NCBI RefSeq assembly: GCF_009914755.1
Contig: NC_060940.1
Direction: 5' to 3' (one strand)
DNA: 64,000 nt
Source: the human T2T-CHM13v2.0 reference genome, Homo sapiens
Part shown: in pieces, positions 1-16,688 of the stretch
Layout of the letters: every line of letters starts with the position of its first letter
Numbering within the stretch: the first letter of the stretch is position 1
Made by a program: the position numbers and the translations under genes
Notes under the pieces: model-generated
Databases searched by the model: none
The model's input: only the letters and a program-made list of their open reading frames with translations
Told to the model about the DNA's origin: nothing

Positions 1-57
1 AGATCACACCACTGCACTCCAGCCTGGGCTACAGAGTGAGACTCCGTCTCAAAACAA
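1..57 (+). mobile_element. Alu right-arm 3' end (cut by window edge)
   Basis: cactgcactccagcctggg...gagactccgtctcaaaa matches the Alu 3' consensus. Confidence 0.95.
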
Positions 58-723
58 AGAGACCTGGAGTTTTTGGGGACCCCCAAATGCACTTAGAACC
101 ATCAGAGGGATATTTTGACAAGGCCAGCTACTATAAACATGGAAAAGCCAAACTCAGAAAGAAAGCATATTTTCCACTGCTCTTACCTCCTGCCCCACCT
201 GGCCTGGAATCTATATTCTCATCCCATGACCCGATTTTCCAAGAGCTTTTTGGAGAATGTGGTGAGAAAGTGGTGAGGCACCTAGAATCTAATCAAATAA
301 GGAGCAGTAGAAGGTACCAGACCTATAACAATCAATTAGTCAGTCAATGGGCCTGGTTTGGCATTTTTTCATGGTTCAAATAATTGTCATAGAGAAAATG
401 TTACAAATGATGGGAGGGGAGTCTTAGACATCTCTCCTCTTGGCAAGCTTACCTTCCATATCCCTGCCCAAAGCTGCAGAGGTTGCTATTTGGATCAGTC
501 CATGGTTGCCAGCGGGTGGTGGGTTCATTGAGTTGTAACAGGTAGGTACTGCCTATGTATGGTGCTCCTTCTTTTTCTCACTTTTTATGTCTAAATGCAT
601 AAGCTAAGTCAAGGATTCCCTTGAGACCCCCTCTCTCTCTCTTTCTGACTCAGTATCAATGAATGGGTAAGTAAATTCAGGTTTGCTCTAGAGATTTAGC
701 CAGCTTTTTCTTACATAGGCTAT

Positions 724-1570
<847 letters not shown>

Positions 1571-1869
1571 TAATACTTAGATTTGGGGAAAAGAGGGGCT
1601 TGATGTTGGGTTGAGATCAATCAAAGTATCTATTAAGCCTCAAGTATAAACTGAGTGTCCCAACTCAGACTTTCACCAGAGCTCTGAATTCAATGGACTG
1701 GCACTGGTGCAAGTATTTTTTTTTAATGCTGTTTTGATTACATGTGTATATTCCTTAGCCTCTTCATGGTGAAAATAGAGGGAGTATTGTGTTTATATTT
1801 GGGTATTCCTGGGTCCTTGATCATAAGCTATCCAATATCATTAAACCTAGGCCTCAATTCCAATAGGAT

Positions 1870-2355
<486 letters not shown>

Positions 2356-2439
2356 TAGGAAGAGGTGGAAGAGGAGGAGGAGAAAAAAAAAAAAAAGAAA
2401 ACTGAACTGCTTAATCACCTATAGACCAAGTGATAGAAA

Positions 2440-2640
2440 CAGGCTAATGAATCGAAGTTGTAAAAGGGTAGGTTTGGGCTCATTGTGAGAAATTGACTTC
2501 CAAAGCCCACACGGCATGTAGGGATGGAAAAGGAATGAGCCTCTTGTCATTAAACCATGTTCAAGTTGGGGCAGAGCGACTTCCTTGTCAGAGATGTTGC
2601 GGAATCAGCCTTTGTACTGGGTAGGAATTTGATTCAAATA
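2440..2640 (+). mobile_element. CR1/L3 LINE 3' fragment
   Basis: aagttgtaaaagggtaggtttgggctc...tgagcctcttgtcatt...ttcaag...tgtcagagatgttg resembles the L3 3' region. Confidence 0.55.
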
Positions 2641-3102
2641 ACTTATTGGTTTGGTTCCAGTGACATTCTTTCTTGAAATCGGGAGCACCAGATTGAGGCC
2701 AAATCAAGCTGCAGGATTCTGTGTACTCTGGGGAAGACCATTCTCTGAAGAGCCTAAATATTTGGTTCTGGAAAACAAACAAACCAACAAAAAAAACCTA
2801 AAAAGTTACTTCTCTCTGGGCATTTCCCTGGAGCACTTTGAAGGATGTTCACTATGAAGGAGGCTGCAGCCAGAGGCTGAGGAGTTGGGAGAAAATAAAA
2901 TGATGGCTTTTCAAGACATTGGAATTCTCAGAGCTCTGAAAGTGGAAGGATGGAGAAAGGATAATTTCAGATGACACATAGAACACTCTTTCACCCTGGT
3001 ATGTTGGTGAGATTTCTTCCCACATACAACCTCTTGCAAAGTTTTGTGGCTTTGTGTTGGGAATTATCTCTCAAGCTTCTCTAAACATTACTTTAGGAAG
3101 CA

Positions 3103-3571
3103 GGCCAGGTTCAGTGGCTCACACCTGTAATCCCAGTGCTTTAGGAGGCTGAGGCAGGAGGATCGCTTAAGCCCAGGAGTTCAAGATCAGCATGAACAAC
3201 ATAGTGAGACCCTGTGTCTACAAAAAATTAAAAATTAGTCAGGTGTGGTGGTGTTGGTGGTGGTGCTGGTGCAAGCCTGTAGTCCCACCTACTCAGGAGG
3301 CTGAGGTGGGAGGAACGCTCAAGCCCAGGGGTTCAAGACCAGCCTGGGAAACATAGTGAGATCCTGTCTGTGCAAAAAAGCTTTTTAAAATGCAAAAAAT
3401 AGCTGGGCATCATGGCACATTCCTGTTGTCCCAGCTACTCAGGAAGCTGAGGCAGGAGGATAGCTGAAATTCAGGAGTTCGAGGCTGCAGTGAGCTATTA
3501 TCACGCCTTGGTACTCCAGTCTGGGCAATAGAGTGAGACCTTGTCTATGTAAAAGAAAACAAAAAAATAAA
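3103..3571 (+). mobile_element. Trimeric AluJ (left / chimeric / right monomers)
   Basis: Three monomers separated by two A-rich linkers (~3222-3235 and ~3373-3399), then an A-rich tail. Confidence 0.9.
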
Positions 3572-3797
3572 GGGGGCTCCATGGACATCGTTTGCCTTCC
3601 CACTTACCCAGGAAGCAGCCAGTCGAGCCACAGAGATGGGAAGGATGTTACTAGATGGACCGAGCTGATCAGTAGAAGTTTGGGGATGGGAGGAGAAGGG
3701 AATAACAAAGTCTGCATGGTAGCTATGTTCCTTTTGCCTGAAAAAACAAGGACCACAAACACAAACGCAGAAATTGGGCAAGCAACATGAGTCGCTA

Positions 3798-4050
3798 CAG
3801 CGTAGTGGTGAAGAGCACAGATTCGGAGACTAGATGACTTGGGTTTAAATCCCTGCTCCATTACTTGCAAGCTGTTTCAGAAACTTCAGCAAGTTTCTTC
3901 ACTACCTTATGCCTCAGTTTCCTCATCTGGAAATGGGCGTGATAATGTAATCCTTTAATAGGATTGGTAAAATAATTATATGAGTTAATATTTGCAAAGC
4001 CCATAGGATAGTGCTTGGCACGTAAGAAGTACTATGCAAGTGTTTGTCAA
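3798..4050 (+). mobile_element. MIR (near full length)
   Basis: gcgtagtggtgaagagcacaga...gcctcagtttcctcatctggaaatggg...gtgcttggcacgtaag. Confidence 0.9.
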
Positions 4051-4469
4051 ACAAATGCAAGAACAAAGTGCAAGGATGGGAGGGATAGCATAGCAAGCCT
4101 GTGGCCAATCTTTGGGGAGAGTGAGAGACAACAGCCCAGCTCCAGCCAGGTTTGGCCATGTAGAGTGAAGGAACTGTGTTGCTAAATTTCTCGAGGTTTT
4201 AAAAGAAAGTGGAAATTCAGAGGTGTTTTTATCCCCTGGGGACTCAGTTTCTTCATCTGACAAATGGGTTTACTGACTATTGTGTCTCAGACTAGAGTGA
4301 AGTTCATGGCAGGTTTGCACAGTGCAGGGGACCAAGAGGATAGAGGAACAAGGGCACCCAAGGCATGTTTCTTAATCTATTCTTGAGAGAAGAGTAGATT
4401 CCCTGGGAACCATGCAGACTTTCTACCTATTCAGACCATGGAAAGGTCTTTCTTGCCTCAGGGTACTAG

Positions 4470-4880
4470 GAGACAGGGTAATTGTCACTAGCTCCTCTAA
4501 CAAACACCTCCCAGCTGAAAACTGAAAGACTTAACACAGTAAGTTCATTTTTTTGTTCACTCTCTTCTCAGCCCAATACAGGTCAGTGGCAGGGAGGGGG
4601 CTCCTTTGAGTGCCACAGCTGATGGAGGCTCTTCCATCTTCAACTCGTGGCTCCTAAGAGCTTTACTGAGTGGTGGTATTCAGCCAGCAGACAGGAGCCA
4701 ATGGAGAACAGCGAAGACCATGTCAGAGGCTTGTGTGGCCAGGCCTGGAGGTAGTGAATGTCACTTCCATCTGTATGATATAGGCCAGAGCTCGGCCAGG
4801 AGGCCCTCCCCCACCACAAAGGGGCTGGAAACACGGTCCAGTAATGCACCCAGGAAAGCAGGGAGAAACTCAGATCTAGG
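4470..4880 (-). mobile_element. MLT1 (MaLR) LTR fragment
   Basis: gacttaacacagtaagttcattt and tcacttccatctgtatgatataggccagagc are typical of antisense MLT1. Confidence 0.55.
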
Positions 4881-4899
4881 CGAGCTCCAGCATTCACTG

Positions 4900-5245
4900 C
4901 CACAGGGCCTTTGCACTTACTGTCCTCTCCATCTTGAGCATTCTCCTCCTCATCCCTGTCCTTGCCATTCAGCTCAAAAATTCCCCAAACAGACCTTCCC
5001 TGACATGCCCATTCACAGTTGCTCCTCCCCTCCCACCCCCATGTTCTTTACTACTTCAGCCCACGTCTTCATAGCATTTGCCACTTTCTGAAGTCATCCA
5101 ACGTATTTGTTTTTTTCTTGTACATCCTATGGCTCTGCCTCCTTCTTTCAGTTGGAATAAAAACTCTGTGGCAGCAGAAAACTCCTGTGTCTTGTTTACC
5201 AACATATTTGCAGCATCTGCAACAGTCTGGTTGAGTTAATGGATT
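4900..5245 (+). mobile_element. L2 3' fragment
   Basis: cagggcctttgcacttactgtcc...agaccttccctgac...atagcatttgccact. Confidence 0.7.
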
Positions 5246-5664
5246 TGAAGTTTGTTGCAATCACAGATAGCCTTACGGAAAGCCAGAGCTACTCTGCTTC
5301 TGCAGGGACCAAAGATGAAATCCTAACTCTGAAATCTCATCTCTCTGTGGTCCAGCATCCTGGGTGCAGCCAAGAAGTTGCCACTCAGAGGGCTAACAAC
5401 AGCATCCAGTGGTGTCTGTGCTGCCTGTTTCCTGAAGCCAGGCTTCTAGGATGGATTATTTCATCTGTTTTACAGCATCCACTGCAGCACCCTCCTCTAC
5501 TCACTCGTTATTTTGGAATCTGTACAGAGGATTTTGAAATGTTTCTTCTATTTCAGGTCTACTTGTTAAGCATGAGAGAAAATGTCAGTGGGGGAGAATG
5601 TGTAAGGGATTTTGATGTGTGTGTGTGTGTGTTCACAATTGCATGCTGGAAAATGAATATGGGG

Positions 5665-6390
<726 letters not shown>

Positions 6391-6411
6391 TCTATAGAGG
6401 ATTTAAGGTGG

Positions 6412-6790
6412 CTATATCAGCTGGAATTGTTTCACTTGTATCAAACAGAAAGTCAGCTCAAACAGGCTTAATCTGGAAAGAGGAAATATGTCTGACTTTG
6501 GCCAAGGCTGAATGCAGGGTGACATGTGTTAAAGGCCAAATTCAAGGTCTCTCTGTTTCTTGTGTCTGTTTCTTTTTGTAGTATTAGTCTCAGGTAGGCT
6601 GTGTCTATGCTATAGCCTGTTGTAATTCTAGTCTTCTGCCTTATAAAGGGATCATGGCCCTTCGCCATAATTCCAGCCTATGTTCCAGAATTGGATCTCA
6701 TTGGATCATCTTGAGGGACGTGAACAGATATAAACTCAATACTATGGACAGGGAATAAAATGTAGGGACTGGCCATGCTGCATAGATTCC
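6412..6790 (-). mobile_element. MLT1 LTR fragment
   Basis: tatcagctggaattgtttcacttgtatcaaacagaaa...ggcttaa...aggaaat. Confidence 0.5.
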
Positions 6791-6849
6791 ATAAGGACTC
6801 TTAGGAACTGGAAGTGGCAGGGGTTTTCTTCTCAACTAGAAAAACATAG

Positions 6850-7278
<429 letters not shown>

Positions 7279-7785
7279 AACAGATTCTATTAAAGTGGCT
7301 TTTAATGAATTCACATATAAGCATGTCTCTGAACCGAGGAAAATGTAACTCAGAATAGAAAATCGAAACCAGGGATTAACACAGAATGCATAAGCAGCCC
7401 ATGAGGGCTAATGAATGTGCTCTACTAGTGTTCAACTCTGAACTTCCGGATCATCATGTTGACTTGACAAAATACACTGTCATCATCCACCTATTTCTGC
7501 CGCTAAAACCTTAGCATAAATTATCTAGATCAAGGACTTTCAAAATTCTTATGTTGTCACCCATAATACACTCACTCCCGCACCACCTACAGTTATGCCT
7601 GTATGTATATGTTTATGTTGTTACATGTGCATACATAGATATGATCTATATTTCTCAAGAAATAATATTAACGTGAAGTACATTCTGACAATTTCTATCC
7701 TATCTTGTTCTAGTCTGGCTTAGCCTGGCATACCCCACCCTTTCCCATTCTATCCTATTTCATTGAGTTCTACAGCTTTTATGTA

Positions 7786-8083
7786 TTTAATTTTATTTTT
7801 TGAGACAGGATCTCGCTCTGTCACCCAGGATGGAGTACAGTAGTGTGATCATAGCTCACTGCAGCCTTGACCTCCTGGGCTCAAGCCATTCTTTTGCCTT
7901 AGCCTTCCAAGTAGCTGGGACTACAGGCCAGTGCCACCATGCTTGGTTAGCTTTTTCTTATTTTTTGCAGAAACAGAGTCTCACTATGTTTCCCAGGCTG
8001 CTCTCAAACTCCTTGCCTCAAGTGACCCTCACCTTGGCCTTTAAAAGCATTGGGTTTACCGACATGAACTGCTGTGCCTGGCC
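7786..8083 (-). mobile_element. AluJ, inserted in a degenerate older element (~7527-8152, possibly hAT-type)
   Basis: J-type dimer; gcttttatgt-like TSD on both sides. Confidence 0.92.
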
Positions 8084-10024
8084 TGCTTTTTATGTTCTTA
8101 ATGCTACTTGCAATCTACTATTGTATTGTAATCCGCATTTTGAAAGATATTGAAGGCAAAGCGTCTACAGTGCCTTATAAACATCTATTGAGTAACAGAT
8201 GATGAATGAAAGAAATCCATCTAGTCTAGTCTATAATTATTGTGTACTCTACTATTAGGTATAATTATGTGTACCAGGTACTGGGGGTACGATTATGAAC
8301 AAAACTCAGTCCCTGGCCTTCATTTCACCTTTCAACAGGGGAGAGGGAGGTCCTAACAAACAAGAACAGTGGGGCATATAGCTCTGTCACAGAGGCAAGC
8401 CAGGGGCCAGAGATGCACAGGTGAAAAATCACACTGGTTCTCCCAGAATGCAAGGTGAGAGAGAGAAAAATGCACTAAGGAGGTATCAGAAGAGGGATGT
8501 GAAACTCACGGAGCGCTTCTCTGCCACGTGAGGTTGGAAAACCTTCAGACTGAAGCAAACCAGGATGGGAGACGGCAATAAAGCCAAGGCTGTGGAGGGG
8601 ATATTTGGGAAGCTTGTGTGACTCAAGGCCTCTCTGGCTTCTGTTCAGATAGAGTTGTTCCATGTTGATTTGGTTTGTTTTTGTTTTTTTTTAATGTTAC
8701 TTGGGGTTTATGTTGAGATTAGGCAAGCGCCGGTGTATGCCGACCAGCCACATTTCAGAGCAATCATGGGAAGTAGCAGTGGGTGTCTCAGCTGGGTGAA
8801 GAATTCTTTCTTCAAACAGTCTCTTCTAGCCCTAAATATAGAGAACGTTTCTTTCTTCCTTTTTTTAACCTTCTTTCCCTGTTTAAGGGCATCACTTTTC
8901 ATTTTCTTTACCTCCAGCTGTCTAGATGGTGTTTCAACCTTTTTTATATTTTTCTAAGTCTCATATTTAAAGTAGAATTTCTAGAGCTCAATGCCCTAGA
9001 AATTGCCATCTGATCTGAAAAAATCAGATCTTAACTTTCTGCACTGGGAATGTGGAGACACAAAGAAAAGGAGGATTTTTGGAGCATGTGGATGGTTGAT
9101 ATATGGAATGAAGACGATTGTGTCTGATTGCATGTGTAATGAAGCCTCATAATTTTAGGTTAGGGTTATGTGGATGTCCCAATTAATGGGCAATAGATTG
9201 TGTGGAGATAATTCTAGTTGATCATACTTTTTCTTCAATATCTTTGAATGCTTAAATATCCAATTTCCTGAGATTTTTATTGTTCAATTTTCTTCTTAAA
9301 TGATCCTCCCTTCCTCCAAGTTAAAGTTGCTAAAGCAATGAGGTATGAGTCCCGGCAGCCTAACGTGAGCAAAGCTGGCCGGCTCAGGTTCAACGAGGGA
9401 ATGGTTTATGGTTCCGAATGCTTGGAATATTCCATAACAAATGCTGCCAGAGATTGGAGACTCAGATCTTTTCCCCAGCGCTCAGACAGAATTGAAAATG
9501 GAGAAAATTAAAGACAGGTTTAATTAACCTGCCAAAAAGGAAAAAAAAAAATCACAGGATGTCTGCGTGTGAGATTAAGAGTAAATCTAATGATCAAAAA
9601 GACTGGGAAGGGATGGTTTTAAAGGCACATTTCATATTCACTCAACTAATATCACTGAATCTCCTTAGAATCAAATCATCAAATTATTTCAGCCTTGGGT
9701 CTGCTGCAGCAGAGACAATTTTTGGAGGTGGAATTTGACTGACAGGAAGAGTCGGTCACCAGGCCTGGCCTGAAGTCTCCACTTCAGTGCCCAGTTTGTG
9801 GTGACTCTGGTCCTGACTGCTCTCAAAAAAAAAATTCCCTTTGTCATTAGGTAAAGTATAGGCAGACATCAGGGCAAAGACACAGAAAAAAAGTGAAGGC
9901 CAGGCAACAAGCAACAGAATTTCAGTAATGACCAGGTGAAATGGCAAGTATCAGTGTTGGGCAGTGTATGAGTGAGTGTGGGGTGGGTGTAACTTCTACA
10001 TGGTAGGGGGTGTGAGTGTAGGTG

Positions 10025-10770
10025 AACACGTGACTGTTGTTACTCACCAGTACCCGTGTAATATGCCATTTCCTTGACACACACAGAGACCACACTCCCC
10101 AGTCCTCCTTGGATATGGGGGAGGGGGTAGGGGCATGTGACTTTTTATTTTATTTTATATTTTATTTTGTGAGACAGGGTCTTGCTCTGTTGCCCAGGCT
10201 GGAGTGCAGTGGCTTCATCTACTCACTGTAACTGCGAACTTCTGAGCCTATGTGATCTCCTGCCTCAGCCTCCTTTAGTAGTGGGACTACAGGCACATAC
10301 CACCACACATGGCTAATTTTCTTATTTTCTATTTTCTTGTAGAGATGGAGTCTCTCTATGTTGGCCAGGCTGGTCCTGAACTCCTGGCCTCAGGCAGTCT
10401 TCCTGCCTTGGCTTTCCAAAGAACTGAGATTAGAGGCATAAATCACCAGGCTCTGGCCCAGCCGCCACATGACTGATTTCATCAGTGGTCTGGGAGCAGG
10501 AGTGCGGCGCACCACCTCAGTCAAGCTGGTTAACATCTAGTGACCTTCCTTCACATCCCCAACCTTTCCTCATCTACCAGATGGTACAAAGCAGGACATG
10601 ACCCTGGGAGAGGTTACAGCCACATAATTAAAGGGGCCAGGTGTCTGAATGACTGCAGAAGAACCCACACCGCCCAGCCATATAGGGCTTGAAATGAGCA
10701 AGAAACAACTTTCATGGTGTACGGATACTGAAATTTGGGGACTGTTCGTACAGTCTAGTTTAACTAATAC
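10025..10770 (+). mobile_element. MLT1 LTR interrupted by an Alu
   Basis: ccacactccccagtcctcc...catgtgact [Alu] ...gaaatgagcaagaaacaactttcatggtg...tgaaatttgggg...ttaactaataca. Confidence 0.7.
10142..10458 (-). mobile_element. AluJ
   Basis: Antisense dimer with J-type features. Confidence 0.93.
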
Positions 10771-10799
10771 AACATCAATCTTGAGCAGATGATCAAATC

Positions 10800-11245
<446 letters not shown>

Positions 11246-11699
11246 CAGATATGTAGTAAGAGGCTGCTTTTCTTGGAAATCTGGTTCATTTTATTGTTTA
11301 AACACTACAGTTATCATCTTCATATTAGTAGCAGCAGCAGCAGTAGGTGTTCTGTTTTAATACACTTTCACTAATTACTGAATATTTCTTGATCACCTAC
11401 TATGTATCAGGCATGGTGAGAGAAGTACTGAGAACAGAGGAGCAAATAAGACAAACTCTCACGTGTCTCTAACCACAATGGACTCTTAATTTCACCATGT
11501 TCTTCTAAGATGTGCGATTCATCCTTCCACTCGCATCCTGATTTTTCACTCTGCCCCAGAGGTTAGAATCCCTGACCACAGCATCCTTCACTGAGGCCAG
11601 CTCCTTTCCCTTGGTGTCAGGAACCAAAAAGCTGTGTCCTAAATAAAGAGAATGATGTTATTTTTGCCTAACCAAAATTCACTACCATTGCACTCCAAT

Positions 11700-12215
11700 T
11701 ACCCGAGGAGAAGCTGTCCCAACAGAACTTTACAACTGTGTCTTCTTGATGGAGCTGGCCCCATACAGGGTCTAGTTCTTGATGTGAACACATGACCTAA
11801 GCTGGCCAGCCAGGCCCCTCCATGATCCCTGAGAACAGTAATCAGGGAATAGACACGTGGCCCAAGCTGGGGTAATAAAAATTTCAGGTCTTCCACAGAA
11901 ATATTGACCTAGAGACGCTCCTTCTTGCTGGGAATATTTGGTGGGTGGATATAAGCCCAAAGTTCTCGAGTTGCTTGTGGCCATCTCTGGGACCATATGG
12001 TAAGACCTGCCTGAGATAAAGGCAACATTAGGGAAACTGAGTCAAGAGACTAAAAGAACACAAGTTCCTAAGGGTATCATTTGAGCATCTGGACCCGACT
12101 ATTCCTAAAATTCTACCCTTGAACTTTTCAGTTAATTTAACCAAATAAATTCACTGCTTCAGGCAATTTGATTTGATGCCTTGTTGTTTGCAGCCAAAAT
12201 ATTCCTGAGTAATAT
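11700..12215 (+). mobile_element. MLT1 LTR
   Basis: cacgtggcccaagctggg...tggccatct...tttgagcatctggaccc...tgaacttttcagtt...ccaaaataaattc...ttgcagccaaaatattcctga. Confidence 0.75.
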
Positions 12216-13004
12216 CAGGGATGAACTTTGGAGATGCTGAATGGTCTAAATCACTATTCACCCAACTAAGAAGAGATATTCCCTGTCCTTTAGATAGCTG
12301 AGTGGCATGCTTCCCACTATGTCACCCTTGGGTGAGGTCACCTTCCAGGAACACCTCCAAACTCTCAAGCATATATATGCTATTAAAGACCTTCTTGGGG
12401 GTTATCCCTGTAGCTGAGGCAAATGTCCCAGTTCCCCTCCTGTCTGGTCCCACGTCTTTGTTCCTATTTACCAGCCATGTTACTCATGTCCCACCACGCC
12501 TTTTAGGTGAGATTTCCCCATTAAGGACAAAGTCACCATTTTGGTGTAGAAGATTATCTTTTTAAACTTTTTGCTCTGTAAGTTGATAGACTATAACCTC
12601 TGGGGAAATTTAGGAGGCCCACATCTCTTCTCTGGCATCCTACTCCCTGCACTTGCATAGAAATGCCATTTTCTCCCCAAGACAGAAATCACTTTGGCTT
12701 AGTTTTTTTTTCATTAAAATTCAAATTAATTTAATAAAATGTGAGACTGTAAATTAATGAACCACTTGCAGAATCTACACAATATATGCCTCTCATGTAA
12801 CTATGAAATTTTTTCTATTAACAATGTCTGGGGCTCCCCAGGGGGACTTAGTCAGCTACAATTACTCTTATCACATCAGCCCAGTTAATAGCAGGCCTCT
12901 TCACTCAAACACAGACTCATAAACATTTCCCGAGCACCTACTGTGTACTAAATCCTACGCATGGCACTTCCACTGCATTATCTTCTAGATTCCTCATAGC
13001 CACT

Positions 13005-13378
13005 TGTTATAGACCGAATGATTATGTCCCCTAACTCAATTCATTTGTTGAAGCTCAAACCACTGATACAATGATATTTGGAGATGGAGCCTTTTGGGAA
13101 ATGATTTCGTATAGATGAAGGCAAGGGGTGGGACCTCCGTGATGGGGTTAGTGACCTTATAAGAAAAAGAGACCAGAACTTTTGCTGGCTTTATCATGTG
13201 AGGACACAGTGAGAAGGCAGCTGTCTTCAAGTGAGCAAGAGGGCCCTCACCAAGAACCCAACCATACCAGCACCGTGACCTTGGACTTCCCAGCTTCCAG
13301 AAATGTGAGAAATAAATGTCTTGCTACACAAATCCAGCCTATGGCATTTTATTACAGCAGCCTAAGCACATTAAGTCA
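13005..13378 (+). mobile_element. MLT1A0-like solo LTR
   Basis: tgttatagaccgaatg...gtgaggacacagtgagaagg...ttggacttcccagcttccagaaatgtgagaaataaa...taagtca. Confidence 0.9.
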
Positions 13379-13566
13379 CCACTCTAGATAGAAGTGGTAT
13401 AACAGTAATCTATACAGCTATGGTCCCAACCCTTTAAGGAACTCAACTCACCTAGGAGAGAATACACAGACTCATGAAGAACCATGGTTACTCCTATATC
13501 CCTCATATCAGGAATACATTGCAATCCCTGGAAGGTAAGGAAGGGGTATATCCAAAAGCAATAACA

Positions 13567-13887
<321 letters not shown>

Positions 13888-14723
13888 TTATGTGGCTATG
13901 TTATACCTTCCACTCTCAATTTTTAATACTCCGTTGTATAAAATAGTTCAGTGGGAAGTAGTAATGCAGAAAGCAGCCACCTCTACCTATAACCTCATAT
14001 GTAATATGTACAACTGAAAGTTATTGAAAGATAACTACATGCCAGACATGGTTGTTATCAGATCACTGGGTCTGCACGACAAGCATATCTATTGCAATTT
14101 AGTACTGGCATCCTTCATTTAAAGATTAAAAAAAAAAAAAAACAGTTGCCTAAGTTCACCCAGTTAAAAAATGGAGAATCAGGAATTTAACCCAGACAGA
14201 AAATAATTGCTCCAGAACACCAAAGCCTAACCACCATGCTCTTCATCCTTATATATGTTAAAGATACTAGCACATTAGGCAGGTAATAAGGAAGTTACAC
14301 ATTCAGATGACTTATGGTGATGGGGAGCTATGATAAATATGTTTATGAAAATTGGGTGATATTTATTTATTTGGTGTCTACATTGTGTCAGCAACTATGG
14401 TAGAAATTGTAGACCCAATGCTGAACTAGAAAAACAAACAAACAAGCAAAATGATCTGGACCCTGACTTTATGAATATAGTATGCAAAGGCCCTGCGGCA
14501 TGTGAAGAAACCCAGAGAAGAGCAGTAATACCAGAACAAAAGAATGAGAGCCAGTTGACAGTCAAGGCAGAGGTCAGCAGAAGCCAGGCATGCAAGGACT
14601 TGTAGCCCATTCACCATTTTTGTTTTTATTCTGAGAGCAATGGAATGTCAACAGAGTTTTAAGCAGGAGAATAGCTTGAGGGACATTATCTTTGGTAACC
14701 TAAGCAGTTTCAAGATTTCACAG

Positions 14724-15141
14724 TGCTGTGGTTTAGATATAGTTTGATTGGCCCCACCAAGTCTCATGTTAAAATTTCAACCCCAGTATTGAAGGTGGAG
14801 TCTGATAGGAGGTGTTTGGGTCATGAGGTGGATCTCTCATGAATGGCTTGGTGCCATTCTCTAGGGAGCTAGTGAGTTCTCATTCTTATTTTTCGTGAAA
14901 AGAAGGAACCTCCTTCCTCTGCCTCTTGCTTCCTCTCTTACCATGTGGTCTCTGCACACAGCGGCTCCCGTTCACCTTCTGCCATGACTGGAAGCAGCCT
15001 GAAGCTCTCACCAGAAGCAGATGCTGGTGCCATTCTTCCTTTACAGCCTGCAGAGCCATGAGCCGAATACACATGCTCAATAAAATTATAAATTATCCAG
15101 GCTCAAGTATTCCTTTATAGCAACACAAACTGATTAAGACA
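14724..15141 (+). mobile_element. MSTB-like solo LTR
   Basis: TG...CA termini; gccatgactggaagcagcctgaagctctcaccagaagcagatgctgg; 5-bp TSD cacag / gacag. Confidence 0.9.
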
Positions 15142-16219
15142 GACAGTATAGCAAACCCATGAAAAACACAGATGGAATGACAATTCTAATGACCCATCTT
15201 CTCTGGGTGCATCAGCCTAAGATAGAGTCTGGCGAGTTGTTTGTCATTCAATATGGGTGGTTCTACTGGGTAGAGTTGCCATCAAGGTCCTTAAGGTATA
15301 TGATCTCTATTATTCTAATTCATCACTGATGGCCTTTGCTTTAGAAACCAGGACCTAAAACAATTTGCTGTAACCATCATAAGAGGGCTGTTTTGATTCT
15401 CGCACTTGGAAAAAACGTGTGAGAATTAAACAAACAGACAAACAAACTCTTTGTACTATGAAAAGCAATCTGAGGTTGCTTTCCTTAGAAGAAAGCTGTA
15501 GGCATGAAAGAAATACAGAGTTTCTTAGGATTTTCTCCAGATAAGGTATACTTCAAGGAAGAGGTATTGCTTGAGTGAAAATGTAAGAGATTGTTTTACT
15601 AATGGAGAAGATGAATCAAAAAAGTTAATTACTCTGCCCCGAGCCATAAAATCCTTAGGTAGCAGTGCTCAGATGAGCTCATATCCTTTCTCAAGTCTAA
15701 CTCTCCCAGCTGTGCACCAATCCCTGCCACTGATCTTGGGGCTAGGCTTCCAATCACACGTGGTGCTTCATTCCTTCCCACAACACCAAACTGAGCAGAA
15801 AGGTAAATTTCAATTGAGTAGAAAAGTCATCTCTGCTCTAATTTTCCCGAAACAGTGCTTAGCACATAATAGGTGCCCATTCAATACTTCTTGAATGAGT
15901 GAAAGAAATCCTGTCACAGCATCTCCGATGGCTGGCAAGCTTCTGCCTACGAACATCAAAGGGCAAATATAACACAGCCTCCTGGGTCAGGTTTAAATTA
16001 TTTCTTATAATGCAGCAAAATATCTTTCTTCATAACTCATGTCCTCTGGAGCTTTCCCAAACCAGTGAAGTCTTCCTTTCTCATGATACTCATTGAGATT
16101 TCTGAAAACAATTATTAAGACCTTCTTGGCACATCTTCCCCAATGAAACAACTTTAGCTCCTTAAAATGTCCTTCATGGTGTGTTTTTGTGTGGTTTTAA
16201 ATGTTCTTACTTTCCTTCG

Positions 16220-16688
16220 GGGAGAACATCCACGTTTCTAGCTTCAGCCAACCCCGAAAAGGTTAACCACTGAGGACATCTTGAGACATTTATCAGCCTG
16301 GTGATAATATCAGAGGCTTAATAACCTTTAATCCTACATTAACAAACTTTATTAACTAACCTTTATCTGCCAGCTATTTTTTTCTCACTCAAGTTGCCAC
16401 CCCTAGAATCTCAAAGTCCTTTTCTTGTTTGTCTTGTCACATCTCTAAAAATGTACTGTTATTTGTTGGATATGTTATATTGAAACTCAGTTCATATTGA
16501 AACTCAAAGCTACCTTTTTGAGAACTATGCATTCCTTATGCATAGTACGGTATCACTTAGGGTATCTCCTACGTGTATATGAAATGCTCATGTAAATAGA
16601 CTTCTGTTTTTCGCTTGTTAATCTGTCTTTTGTGATAGGGGTCTCCTCCAACTAAGAACCTGTGGGGATTATTCTTGCCCCATATACA
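16220..16688 (+). mobile_element. ERV1 LTR, MER34/MER39-like
   Basis: 3' end cttgttaatctgtcttttgtgataggggtc...ctaagaac...cttgccccatataca; 5' boundary uncertain. Confidence 0.6.
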
